Source: Callorhinchus milii
Lineage: Eukaryota
Length of the DNA: 64,000 nucleotides
Assembly (NCBI RefSeq): GCF_018977255.1
Contig: NW_024704742.1
Coordinates: forward strand, 80,974,001-81,038,000
Direction of reading: 5' to 3'
Shown here: piece after piece, positions 51,385 to 63,242 of the stretch
How the letters are laid out: every line of letters begins with the position of its first letter
Numbering within the stretch: position 1 is the first letter of the stretch
Made by a program: the position numbers and the translations under genes
Notes under the pieces: model-generated
Seen by the model: only the letters and a program-made list of their open reading frames with translations
Told to the model about the DNA's origin: nothing
Database searches by the model: none

Positions 51385-52110
51385 TAACACCAGACAGGTC
51401 AGTGACACTGTATAACACCAGGCAGGTCAATGATACCGTATAACACCAGGCAGGTTAGTGACACTGTATAACACCAGGCAGGTCAGTGATACCGTATAAC
51501 ACCAGGCAGGTCAGTGACACTGTATAACACCAGGCAGGTTAGTGACACTGTATAACACCAGGCAGGTCAGTGACACTGTATAACACCAGGCAGGTCAGTG
51601 ATACCGTATAACACCAGGCAGGTCAGTGACACTGTATAACACCAGGCAGGTCAGTGACACTGTATAACACCAGGCAGGTCAATGATACCGTATAACACCA
51701 GGCAGGTCAGTGACACTGTATAACACCAGGCAGGTCAGTGATACTGTATAACACCAGGCAGGTCAGTGATACCGTATAACACCAGGCAGGTCAGTGACAC
51801 TGTATAACACCAGGCAGGTCAGTGATACTGTATAACACCAGGCAGGTCAGTGACACTGTATAACACCAGGCAGGTCAGTGATACTGTATAACACCAGGCA
51901 GGTCAGTGACACTGTATAACACCAGGCAGGTCAGTGATACTGTATAACACCAGGCAGGTCAGTGACACTGTATAACACCAGGCAGGTCAGTGATACTGTA
52001 TAACACCAGGCAGGTCAGTGACACTGTATAACACCAGGCAGGTCAGTGATACTGTATAACACCAGGGAGATCAGTGACATTGTATAACGCCAGGCAGGTC
52101 AATGCTACTG
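51385..52110 (+). repeat. 28-bp minisatellite, 26 units
   Basis: Unit TAACACCAGGCAGGTCAGTGA(C/T)AC(T/C)GTA. Unit 1 starts at 51385 and unit 26 at 52085; the end units are degenerate. Confidence 0.97.
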
Positions 52111-52724
52111 ATTAAGGCAGATTCCTTCACAAAACATTTCCATTCTGTGTGATTTCTGCCCATTTACTTTTCACTTTTAAAATGAATCGTAAAAAGAAGC
52201 TTCTATTATATTCAAGACTCTGTGACGCTAACCTTTGGGGCTCTGGGAGGCAACTGTGCTTGAGGGGCACTATATAAATGCAAGTTGTTGTTGTTGTAAA
52301 GACTGTTCAGTAGTAAGTAATCTTAACTTGGTTATTTCAGGTCTATTTCCAAACACGTGAGTTTGTCTCAATTTCCAAGCATGTCATAATCTGGATAACT
52401 TGCCTCTTCAAAAGGAAAACATTCAGCTTTGAAACTGACACCACAATAGAAAGGAAAAGAACTGATCTCGCGCTCGTGTAACATCTATGTGATCTGTGAA
52501 ACAATACCATTGGTGGTCTAGAAAGGGACATCATTGCTGTCAATCTAGATCTGAGTGAGCATTTGTGTTCCCTTTAGGTCCAGGGTAAAAAGGAAGAAGT
52601 CCTGAGGGTAATGAAATGTGGCACCTATTCTTCCCAACAGTGTAAATGCTGAGAAACATACTGCAAATGGATCTTTGACTTTGCCTATCAAATCTGTTCC
52701 TTCCACTGAGTCAACAACTAAAAT

Positions 52725-53150
52725 TTATAATAAAAATAATTCTTGCATTTGATATAGTGCCTTATCACAACGTTGAGACATCTCAAAGCGATTTACAGGA
52801 TATATTGTAAAGTGGATTCACTGTATTTTGTGGATGAAAGTGGCAGCCAGCTGCACACAGCAGTGTCCCACAAACAGCCATGGAGTGAGTCACCAATTTT
52901 ATTTGGGGGGTTATTAGGCAGGACATCGGAAGAAACCCCATTCTCTTTTCGAATAGTGCCATGGGATTTTTAACATTCACCTGAACAGGCAGACTGGACC
53001 TTGGTTTAACATCTCATTAAAAATCACACCCCTTCAGCACTGCAATGGAGTGTCAGATTAGATTGCGTGATTCCAAGTCCCGACGTGGGGTTTGAACCCA
53101 AAACCTTCTGACTCAGAAGAAAGAGTGCTCCCACTGAGCCAGGCTGACAC
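52725..53150 (-). mobile_element. Deu-domain SINE, full length
   Basis: GTGTCAGCCTGGCTCAGTGGGAGCACTCT...GAGTCAGAAGGTTTTGGGTTCAAACCCC head, GTTAAACCAAGGTCC and AAAATCCCATGGCACTATTCG core, L2 tail. Confidence 0.88.
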
Positions 53151-54539
53151 ATAATATAGAAGAAGAAAAGCACTCATGCACCTTTTTTTTCTTTGAAAGA
53201 GAATATTAAAATGGTAGTATGTAGATACCAGGTTACATGCCTCTGATCTGTCACAGAAAGACCACCAGTCCCTACCCCCACTCCCTGGAGAAAATTGTGC
53301 TATAGTGTGCTAGTGTTAAAGTGGCCTCTCTCAGCATCTGGCCATGCCTGACTAAATGTATTAAGCAGGGCACAAAATTCAACCGTGAATTAATATTAGA
53401 ACACCCACAAAATACACAGTTAATCAACTGTACACTTTATCCTATGAAGCGCTTTGAGACATCTCAATAATGAGATAAGGCTCTAAAGCAAATGCATTGA
53501 TTATTTATTATATATTATTCTTAAATTATTAAGGGATATTTTGCTGATTACTTTTAATGGTAAGAGCCCAGCATGATAAAATAAGGTCTGAAAACAAAGG
53601 CAAAGCTACTGGTCCAACAGCTGCAATGGCAGCTGTTGCGGGAAATGTAATGTAAATTGCCAATTTATCTGTGACTGCTCAGCGGATTGGATTTTGCTTC
53701 ATGCATCTGGAGTCATATGCAAAGTGTTCCTTGCAGTCTGACATAGTTCACTCCTGCTCACTGACCTAGTTACTAGGCAAGCTTATTCGCTTCTCGGGGA
53801 ATTCACTAACACACTGAACAGGAATTCTTGGTAAAATATTCTTCTGCATCGTTGCCACAGATCAAATTTACTGGAACATAGTACATCTAGAACAGAATGC
53901 TGTTTTTATAAGAAACTATATAAATCATGCATCCATCATTTAGAGCTGTTCAAATCTCATTTCAGCGAAGTCAGCAATTTGTGATTCAAGCACTATTAGA
54001 TGTGATCACGTGCATCCATAAATGGTGGTGGGGGAGAGGCTAAAGTCTTTATTTGTGCAATTAACATTATAAAATCAACAGAAAAGAAGCCACTGTGCAT
54101 GTAGTTTTCAAAAGATAAAAAGGAAATTATCAAAAGGTTCGTTTGGTCAAAATGTGAAGGAATAAAATAATTATGAATAATAATGATAAAAAGTGCATTA
54201 GATTTCATGATATCAAATCGACAGCCTCCTCCCCACCCATTCATGCATGTATGTGATATCAAATCAACATTTACATTGTCAGAGATCTCACTCAAAGGAC
54301 AAAGTTTTTTTTGTGCTTTGAGTGAGATCTCTGACAATAACCTGATAGAGGGTCTCCCAGGACAGTTCTGTTTACAGGCTGCTGACAGCATCAGCAGAGG
54401 TCTTGATTTGGTTTTATAAACCAATCAGTCTCACTCCCCAGGAGAGCATTCTCTTGGGTACCAAAAGGTATAAGAATAAAGGTTTATTATTATTCTAATA
54501 ATAAAAACACAGACTAAAAATAAAAACGTGACACTGGAA

Positions 54540-54765
54540 AGATACAGCATAGAATGAGGCCATTCGGCCCACCTAAATTGTGCCAGTGTGTATACTTCAC
54601 ACAAGCCTCCACCTTTCCTATTAACCTCTCTTTTATCTCTCTATGCCCTTCCCAATCATGTACGCATTGTTTCCTCTTAAATCCTTTGATACTTTCTGCC
54701 TTCAACCACAGCTTTCAGCAGTTTTCATAACTCTTTACACAAAGAAATTCCTCCTAAACTCCCTT
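54540..54765 (-). mobile_element. CR1 3' UTR fragment
   Basis: gatacagcatagaatgaggccattcggccc tail; ORF piece KAESIKGFKR. Confidence 0.7.
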
Positions 54766-55238
54766 CAGATCTGATGTTGGCTAACCAGCTGAAACGTAAA
54801 GTTCTCTTAAATCCTATGTTATATTGCTTGGGAAAAAAACAAATTAGAACATGTTCATTTCAGACCAAAACCATTCCTGAGCTATAGATTTTCCTGCTTG
54901 TTATTCACATCAGGTCTGATTTCCAGACTCCAGACCGTGTCTGACTTTTAAATGAGACTGGTAAACTAAGTGCTTATAAACCCAATATGTGATATGAGCA
55001 GTCATAGATCACAAAGTATAGAATAGGGCTTTTATTGATAACTGAGGAACAAGAAAAAGGCACTCGAGAATTGATTATTAAATGAAGACTGCAACGTAAA
55101 TTATTTCTACATGACTAATGGTGGATTAGTATTTGTGTTAATCTGGATTTTGTTTGTGCCACAAACACTAATCCACTGAGTTTTATGTGATTCAAGTGGA
55201 CAGGAGACAGGGGTATGAAGGATAGAGGATTGAAAGAG

Positions 55239-56735
55239 TAATAATAATAATAATAATCCTTGCATTTGATATAGCGCTTTTCATGTCTTCTAGCCATCTC
55301 AAAGAGCTTAACATAACATAACATTATATAACATAACATGTAGGAGCAGGAGTAGGCCATTCAGCCCTTCGAGCCTGCCCCGCCAGTCAATCATTGCTGA
55401 TCTTCTAATCTAACTCCAGCTAATAACCTAACTCTGCCTTATTCCCATATCCCTTAATCCCTTTTACAATAAGAAATCTATCTATCTCAGTCTTGAATAT
55501 GTTCAAGGACTGAGCGTCAACAGCCCTTTGGGTTAGTGACTTCCATACATTCACTACCCTTTGAGCGAAGAAGTTCTTTCTCAACTCAATGCGAAAGGGC
55601 TGACCTCTGATTTTAAGGTTGTGACCCCTGGTTTTAGTTTCTCCAACCAGGGGAAACAATCTCCCACTATCTACTCTATCATGCCCTTTGATGATCTTAT
55701 AGGTTTCTATAAGATCCCCTCTAATTCTTCTATATTCTAGAGAATATAGGCCCAAATTGGTCAGCCTATCCTCGTAACTCATCCCCTTCATCCCTGGCAC
55801 TAACCTAGTAAATCTACGCTGCACCCCTCCAAGGCAAGTACATCCTTCCTTAAATAAGGAGACCAAAACTGCACACAGTATTCCAGGTGTGGTCTCACCA
55901 GGGCCCTATACAGTTGCAGCAAGACTTCCCTACTCTTATACTCTAATCCTTTCATAATGAATGCTAACATACTGTTCGCCTTCCTAATTGCTGCTGCACC
56001 TACAGACTAACCTTCTGTGATTGGTGTACAAGGACATCCAAGTCCCTCTGGACGCTAACACATTCCAATCTCTCCCCTTCTAAAAAATAACCCGCTCTAC
56101 TGATTTGCTACCTGGGTGGATGACTTCGCACTTCCCTACATTATACTTCATCTGCCACCTACCTGCCCAATCACCTAACCTATTTATGTCTCGCTGCATT
56201 TTTTTAATGTCGTCCTCTGTGTTGGCACTTCCTCCTAGTTTAGTGTCATCCGCGAATTTAGATATATTAGCTTCGATGTCGTCATCTAGATCGTTGATGT
56301 AGATGGTAAATAGCTGAGGCCCAAGGACTGATCCTTGGGGCACTCCACTAGTCACATCCCGCCAATCTGAAAAGGACCCCTTTATCCCTACTCTTTGTTT
56401 CCTACCCATTAACCATTCCCTAATCCACGTTAATATGCTCCCCCCAATTCCATGGGCCCTTATCTTTTGGATTAACCTTTTATGTGGCTTCACAGAATAT
56501 GCTGTAAAGTGAATTAACTGCATATATTTGTGGGCGAAACGCGGCAGCCAGTTGCGCACAGCAGTGTAACACAAACAGTTGTGGATTCAAAATGACCAAT
56601 TTATTATTGTTTTGTTTTTTGGAGGGATTATTATTAGACGTGTGGAGTAAGGAAACTTGCCCAAGGTTTCGCCCTGCCTGGAATTGAACACAGGTGACTT
56701 GCTTGCAAGGCGAGTGTTCTAACCACTGAGCTACA
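55239..56735 (-). mobile_element. tRNA-Ala-headed SINE (short variant) split in two by a CR1 insertion
   Basis: Tail half at 55239-55309 and head/body half at 56487-56735 rejoin at a duplicated GCTT (55306-55309 and 56487-56490). Confidence 0.9.
55310..56486 (-). mobile_element. CR1 LINE, 5'-truncated, young
   Basis: PHKRLIQKIRAHGI...WLMGRKQRV...[23 protein letters not shown]...KFADDTKLGG, then VQRRFTRL...YRRIRGDLIETYK; (TTATG)n tail. Confidence 0.96.
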
Positions 56736-57242
56736 CTGAGTATGGGGAAGAGGTAAGGTAGGGCATAGGGATTGAATGAACAACTTATTCTTAGAGTTGG
56801 TTGAAAATTTATGGGACATCTGGCCTCCTTCTGTGCTGCAAATTTCTATGATTCTTTAACATTTATCCCTTAGTGGGGAAGCACTTCATTTTCTGATCCG
56901 ACAGCAATAAACCACTAATCAATTCAAGTGCCTGTAGTTTGACTGTGACCCTGGTGCAGGTGGAGCTGCTGCACAACATTGCTTCCTTTGAAAATCGGCT
57001 AATTTTGTCACACTTCACGAGCACTCGCCAAAAAATAGTGCTGACTGAGGGTTTCTGGCAGGGTGGAACCATTGGCGCCGATTTATCACCCTGTCAGAAA
57101 ATATAGCAATTAAGCTCTTATTGGGTGGGTTAGTCCGATTAATTGCAGCAGTGCTGGCAGTATTTGAAAACTACAGGAAGTTATCTGTTCAGGTTGCCTA
57201 CTAGTGGAATTCAGACCTTTTATTTCCAGGCCAGAATCATTT

Positions 57243-57596
57243 GGAGTCCCGTAGTTTAGTGGCTAAAGCGCTCACCTTGCAAAGGAGAGAAAGCGGGTTC
57301 GCTTCCCAGTCAGGCAAAATGTTGGGCAAGTTTCCTTACTCCACACGCTTCTGTTTACCTCGCAGTAAGTAGGAACCCGGATTGTTAGTCGATTGACGGA
57401 TCGCTTACCAGCAATAATAATCCCTTAAAAAAAATAATAATTCATCAATCCACAACTGTTTGTGCGACAATGCTGTGTGCAGTTTGGCTGCCGCATTTCA
57501 CCCACAAAATACACAGTCAGTCCACTTTACAATATATTCTGTGAAGTGCTTTTAAACGTCTGAATGACGTGATTAATTGCAAGGTGTATTATGATT
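57243..57596 (+). mobile_element. tRNA-Ala-headed SINE, long variant
   Basis: GGAGTCCCGTAGTTTAGTGGCTAAAGCGCTCACCTTGCAAAGG...GGGTTCGCTTCCC head; internal GCAGTAAGTAGGAACCCGG block. Confidence 0.88.
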
Positions 57597-57699
57597 ATAA
57601 TTATTTGTCAAATCCAGCAAGAGGATAGCAATATGATATTGGCTCAGGTTGTTACTGTGGTGATCTTTTTGTAGGAGGCATCAGATAAATATTTGAAAA

Positions 57700-57880
57700 G
57701 AAATGGATCCAAAACTTGGGGTCGTGTTGTGATCTTGAAATCAGATCTGGACCGAGAAGAACTGAAATCACACAGAGGCTTGTGAAAGTGTGGAAAGCAC
57801 TGTCTGCCAAGACTATACAGGCAGAATCAATTGCGAGGCTTAAAAGGGAAATATACATACTTGGGAAGTAAAGGTATTGT
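57700..57880 (+). mobile_element. Degraded CR1 3' fragment
   Basis: CACACAGAGGCTTGTGAAAGTGTGGAAAGCACTG...GCAGAATCAATT...TTAAAAGGGAA matches the end of CR1 ORF2. Confidence 0.6.
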
Positions 57881-59271
57881 GCTCTTACCTGTTTGCTGCC
57901 CATGATATGGGGTTAGGAGTTTTCCTTAGCTTCAAGGTAGCTACAGTCCTGGAAGTGATCTGTATTTTACTGACTTGTGATCCTCAGGAGGGAAATCAGG
58001 TCAGATAAAGGGGTAGGGACCTGGCCCATATATAAACTGCTCTCTTCCATTCATTATTCTCTTTTGTCTGCTCCAAGTTGCAAACAGTAACCTCGGGTGA
58101 TACCTCCACAAGGCCTTGAAAAGCCCCAACTCCAAGTACCCGGTTGCCTGATTCAAGAGTGTCTGAGCCCAAGACATGCACCGTGACAGTAAATAGAAAC
58201 TGAGGCTCAAGTACATGTTGTGCTGTAGAGAACATATTCCAGGAATTAAAGAGAAATCACAGTAATGTAAGAACTGGGTAACCCAATGTACCTGTGTTCT
58301 GACAGGATATTCTGCTTGTATTCTTGAGGGGCCTAAATACTACTTGCCTGTCCCAGTTAGAGATCTATGTGTGATTTTGCTGTGTGTTATGTGTTTCAAG
58401 CCCTCCATGGCTATCTATGTGTTCTGTGAGTTGTTCAGTGATAAGGTTACAATATTAAGTGGTATAGAGAAAAGGTTTGCTTACATTTATATTATTATTA
58501 CATTTTATTTGTATTGATTTGTATTGTCAACTTCAACTCTGCATGTCTCTCTTAATAACTTGAAGATCTAAGTCCCAGGATCATCCTTGATGCTCCTCTC
58601 AAACTTGTCTTGAATGCCACACTGTCCTGTTAAATACAGAATGCCTAAAACTCTATGTTCACCAGTGATCTGTATGAGGTTAGAATCATTTGTTTCAACT
58701 GTACTTGTAATAGCAAAATTAGCAGTGCATCTTAACCCATGTCTTGTGTTAACTAATCCTGAGTAAAAACAGAGTTAAAAACTATGTTCTTGGCCCACAC
58801 ATGGAAACAAAGTATATAAAGTTATTTTCCTGTGTTGTTTTCCACCACCAAGCAGCCAGCTGATAAGGAGAAGGAGTTAGGTGGGAAGAGAGGATAGGAT
58901 CAGGTTGCTAAATACAGGTAAGTCTGGATTGAGGAATGGTGACATCACTTAAGTTATCAGATCTTTCCGTGTTATTTAACCCATTTATTTTGCTAATTAA
59001 CATTGTTCAGCAATTCCCTTTTAAAAAAAAGGCTTGCAGAATTGAACGCAATTATTTCTGAGGTTGAATTTATCATGTGCTCATTGGCAATCAGATTGAG
59101 ATTGAAATTATTTACCTGTCTCTCCTACCTCTAGATATCAAAACAATTACTCTGGTTCCTGAACCACTGGGATGAACACGACAAACATTTAACATATTGA
59201 AGCTGTTAGTTTTTGCATTTTTTGCCCCGTTCAGTAAATTCGATCCAAGGCATCAATAATAATAATTAATA

Positions 59272-59423
59272 AAATACAAAATATTGCAGATGCTGGAAAT
59301 GTGAAAACAAAAACAGAAGTCGCTGGGAAGACTCAGCAGGTCAGGCAGCATCTATGGAGAAAGGAAAGTGAGTCAATGTTTTGGGTCCATGGCCCTTCAT
59401 CAGATCTCATCCTTTGTCAGAAC
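59272..59423 (-). mobile_element. Penelope-like terminal-repeat fragment with a decayed hammerhead motif (59370-59408)
   Basis: Minus strand: GAGAT-CTGATGA-A-GGGCCATGGACCC-AAAA-CATT-GACTC...AGATGCTGCCTGACCTGCTGAG...TTTCCAGCATCTGCA. Confidence 0.75.
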
Positions 59424-59674
59424 ATTTCACGTAATTGATTGTAAAAGGTCATCCAAATCTGAGCCAGTTGCTGTCAGACAATATTTACAAAATTTTAACA
59501 TAATGAATAAGGTAGTCTTTGAAGACAGCAAGCACAGTTAAACTTGTCTTTTTAGATCCTATGCTAGTCAGCACATTGGTGTTTTTTCTGCTCTTGATTG
59601 TAGAGCAGAATAATCATGACGATTTGCGTTAAGGTTTCTCTTGATAATTTCCCCAAACTTCTCACTATGCAATC

Positions 59675-60767
59675 AACTGAGCCAGGTGTCAGAAGGTTGT
59701 GGGTTCAAACCCCATATTGAGAATTTGAATTCATATCATTTAGGCTGACACTCCAATGCAGAGCTGAGGCATGCTACATTACATTAGAATACATTAGAAT
59801 ATACAGCACAGAAACAGGCCATTCCGCCCAACTGGTCTATGTCGGTGTTTAGGCTCCACACAAGCCTTCTCTTACCCTTCCTCCACTAAGCCTTCAAGCA
59901 TAACCTTCTATTCCTTTCTCCCTCATGTACCTATCTAGCTTTCCCTTCAATACATCTATGCTATTTGCCTCAACAACTCCTTGTGGTAGCATGTTCCACA
60001 TTCCCACTATCTGTGTGAAGAAATTTCTTCTAACTTCCCTATTTGATCAATTTGTGACTATTTTATATTGATGGCCCTGGTTTTGGTCTCCCCCACAAGT
60101 GGAAACATTTTCCCTATGTCTATCCTATCAAAACCTTTCATCATTTTAAAGCACTCTATCAGGTCACCCCTTACCCTCCTCTTTTCAAGAGAAGAGTCCA
60201 AGCATGTCCAGCCTTTCCTGATATGTATAACCTCTCAGTTCTGGGATCATCCTTGTGAATCTCCTTTGCACCCTCTCCAGTGCCTCTCTATCCTTTCTAT
60301 AATGTGGGGACCAAACCTGCACACAGTAGTCTAAGTGTGGTCTAACCGAGGCTCTATAGAAGTTTACCATAACTTCCCTCTAGAAATAAACCACAATGCC
60401 TGGTTTGCTTTTGCTATGGCCTTATTAGCCTGCATTTCTACTTTTAGTGAATTGTGTGTTTGTATCCTTAGATTCCTTTGCTCCTCTACCCCATTTAGGT
60501 TTCTATTTATATTTTCCATTGTTGTAGGTGCTCTCCTCCGGATGAGACATAAACCAAGTTTGTGTTTGCCTGTTCAGGTGGATTTTAAAGATCCCATGGT
60601 AGTATTCATTGCTGTTTGTGGGACACAGCTATGTGTAGATTGGCTGCTATGTTTGCCCACAAATACACAATCACTACACTTTGCAGTGAAATCCTGTGAT
60701 ATTGCAACTTATCACAACCCAATGGCACAATAAAGCACGCAATATCAAATGCAAGGATTATTATTAT
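59675..60767 (+). mobile_element. Deu-domain SINE split by an antisense CR1
   Basis: The 5' part ends GCTACATT (59780); the 3' part resumes CATTGTTGTAGGTGC...CGGATGAGAC (60517); CATT is duplicated. Confidence 0.82.
59781..60516 (-). mobile_element. CR1 3' fragment
   Basis: YRASVRPHLDYCVQVWSPHYRKDREALERVQRRFTRMIP; (TTCTAATG)-type tail. Confidence 0.92.
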
Positions 60768-61646
60768 AAAATTGCAGTATTCCAATGCTCCTACACATAT
60801 TTCCGTTCATTTGTAAGGACATTGTTGAAATATGCTTTTAAATTCCACGCCCAATCTCAGCTTCTGAATAATGGTAGCACACAATCCCAACTGAGAATTC
60901 CAGGATATCACCATCTTGGATTCCAGCTTCGTGGGTCTCATTTTCAAGCTTCGAAAACAGCCTCTCTGGTGCTATTTAGAGGTTGTGGTGGTTAATCTGA
61001 GTTTGGGCAGTAACCCATAAATCCTGCTTTTTGCATTTGCAAACATAAACCAGGCCCTCTGTAAATATCATAACATTTGTTACCTATACAGTCAAACATG
61101 TCTTCAACAGCCATTCAGGAAACTAGGACAAAGTGGCCTCTGAATAAGGGTTTGTTGGTGTGTGAACCAGGCTGTTCCAGGGTGGCTGTTAACAGGTGGT
61201 GGTTTCTGAAAGGAGGTGGTTGCTTGAACAGGTTTGAAAATAATTTTTTATCTAAATTTACACTGGACTGAGGGGATTTGTTTATTATAAGAATTTGAAG
61301 TTGCAATTTCGAAATGAAGAAATTGAGAAAATCTGAAGAGGTATTTAAAATGTTTTCACCCTGTATTGCATTGTGCTCCCAATTGATAAACTATTGCCGT
61401 GAACTGGTGTTATTGCCTCTACAACAGTACTCTGCCTGGAGGGCATGCACACTGGCAAAACATTGGCAGCTATTGTCACTCACCAATGTTACCAACACTT
61501 TCAAGAAGGAAATGAAATTGAACAGGGCAATCTTGTAGATGGGAAAGAGGGTGGGTTAACAGTAAGCTGCATGTATGTGTTCAGTGCTCATCAACACAGC
61601 AGCCATCATCTCTGGATGCTGCTCAAGGACACACTGCATAAAATGA

Positions 61647-62168
61647 TCATAGAATCATAGAATGTTACGGCACAGAAGGAGGCCATTCGGCCCATCGAGT
61701 CTGTGCCGGCTCTTTGACAGAGCAACTGACTTTTATTAACCCCACTCACCAGCTTTCTCCCCATAACCCTGCAAACCTGTCTTCTCCAGATACCTATCCA
61801 GTTCTCTCTTAAAAGCTGTTATCGAATCGGACTTCACTGCCCTTTCAGGCAGATCATTACAAATTCTAACAACTCGCTGAGTAAAAAAAATTCTTCTAAC
61901 CTCCCCTCTGCTTCTTTTGGTAGATATCTTGAGACTGTGACCATGAGTTACAGACACACCTACCAGCGGAAACAGCTTTTCCTTATCTAGCCTGTCGAAA
62001 CCTTTCATGATCTTGAAGACCTCTATCAGGTTCCCGCGTAACCTTCTCTGCTCTAATGGGAAAAGTCCTAACTTTTCCAGCCTGTCCTCATAGCTAAGCT
62101 TCCCCATTCCTGGTATCATTCTTGTGAATCTCCTCTGCACCCTTTCCAGTGCCTTAATATCCTTCCTG
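61647..62168 (-). mobile_element. CR1 3' fragment, young
   Basis: RKDIKALERVQRRFTRMIPG...LEQRRLRGNLIEVFKIMKG...FFTQRVV; TTCTATGATTCTATGA tail. Confidence 0.95.
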
Positions 62169-62264
62169 ATAATCAATGTATGTGGAGAATGTAAGTGTAA
62201 ATCCATCTTTGTTTCTTGAGAATTCAAAAACCCATGATTTTGATTGATTGATTAATTGAATCAT

Positions 62265-62693
62265 TATAATAAACCTTGTATTTGATATAGCTTCATTCGC
62301 AACATGTCACAGTGCTTCAGATTATTTACTGTAAAGTGTAGTGTGTTTATTTTTGTAGGTGACTGAAGCAGCCAATTTGCACACAACAATGCCTCCAAAC
62401 AACCTTGAAGAGAATGATTAGTTTTATATGAGGGTTGTTGGTCAGGACACCTGGAGAAACTCCTTTTTCTTTTTAAACAATGCCATGGGATCTTTAATGT
62501 CTACCTCAACAGGCAGATGGAGCTTCATCTTAACATCCTATCCAAAGGGTGACACCTCCAACAATGCAACACACCCACAATACATTTTTGGAGAGTCATC
62601 TTTGACTGTGTGCATTCAAAAAACTGACAGAGGGCTTGAACCCACAACCTTCTGACTCTGAAGTGAGAGTGCTACCAAATGTGCCAGGCTGAT
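62265..62693 (-). mobile_element. Deu-domain SINE, full length, diverged
   Basis: Plus strand: gcagccaatttgcacacaac...tgccatgggatcttt...cttgaacccacaaccttctgactctga...gccaggctgat. Confidence 0.85.
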
Positions 62694-63242
62694 ATGTAAG
62701 GTAACAATCTCCCATTTTATCTTCATTTGCAATCACTTAATTTATTCATTTGGATAATTTAATCTGCTAAAATGTGACTGAATGTGTATCTGATTGAATG
62801 TTAACATATGACTGGCATTTATGTTGCATAATAACTCTCAAAGCTTGCTAAGAATAAAAAATGTTTTCTTTAAAAAAAGTCTCCATTAATTGGATTTAAA
62901 GATCGGTTATCAAAATAAATGTGAATTTGATCATGGTTCCAAATATTCTTTCTCTCATTAAGGATACTTTGAATAGGTTAAATGGGTACATTTTGTTTAA
63001 AAAGGGGAGAAAAATAAATTTATCACTGCCATACAAAAGATGGTCTCATATTCATATATGCTGTGCCATCTCGCACATAACTAATGGAATGGAGGATTGG
63101 TTCAGTGCACTGGATCATACCCAGTGGCATGTAGGGGAGACTTCACTTACATAGGACAAAGCAAAAGCTCATGAGAAGATAAACTGGCCCCTGAAATCTA
63201 TGCAAAAGATTTTAAGTCCATTTTCTAAGGGATATATATAGT

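Noticed and set aside
51385..52110. CRISPR-like array
   Set aside because: The units are contiguous 28-mers with no unique spacers, there are no cas genes, and the context is eukaryotic. It is a minisatellite.
53787..53797. TCGCTTCTCGG match to the 5' end of U2 snRNA
   Set aside because: Only 11 nt match and the following sequence diverges; consistent with chance.
54765..54805. Third hammerhead-like motif CTGATGT-T-GGCT-AACC-AGCT-GAAA-CGTA
   Set aside because: Core A9 is replaced by T, no convincing stem I forms, and the flanks do not match the Penelope-type repeat. At best a dead remnant.
57900..58460. Possible second solo LTR or minus-strand exon (TATATAAA at 58029-58036; ORFs 57996-58235)
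   Set aside because: No clear terminal inverted repeat or TSD, and the peptides are unrecognised.
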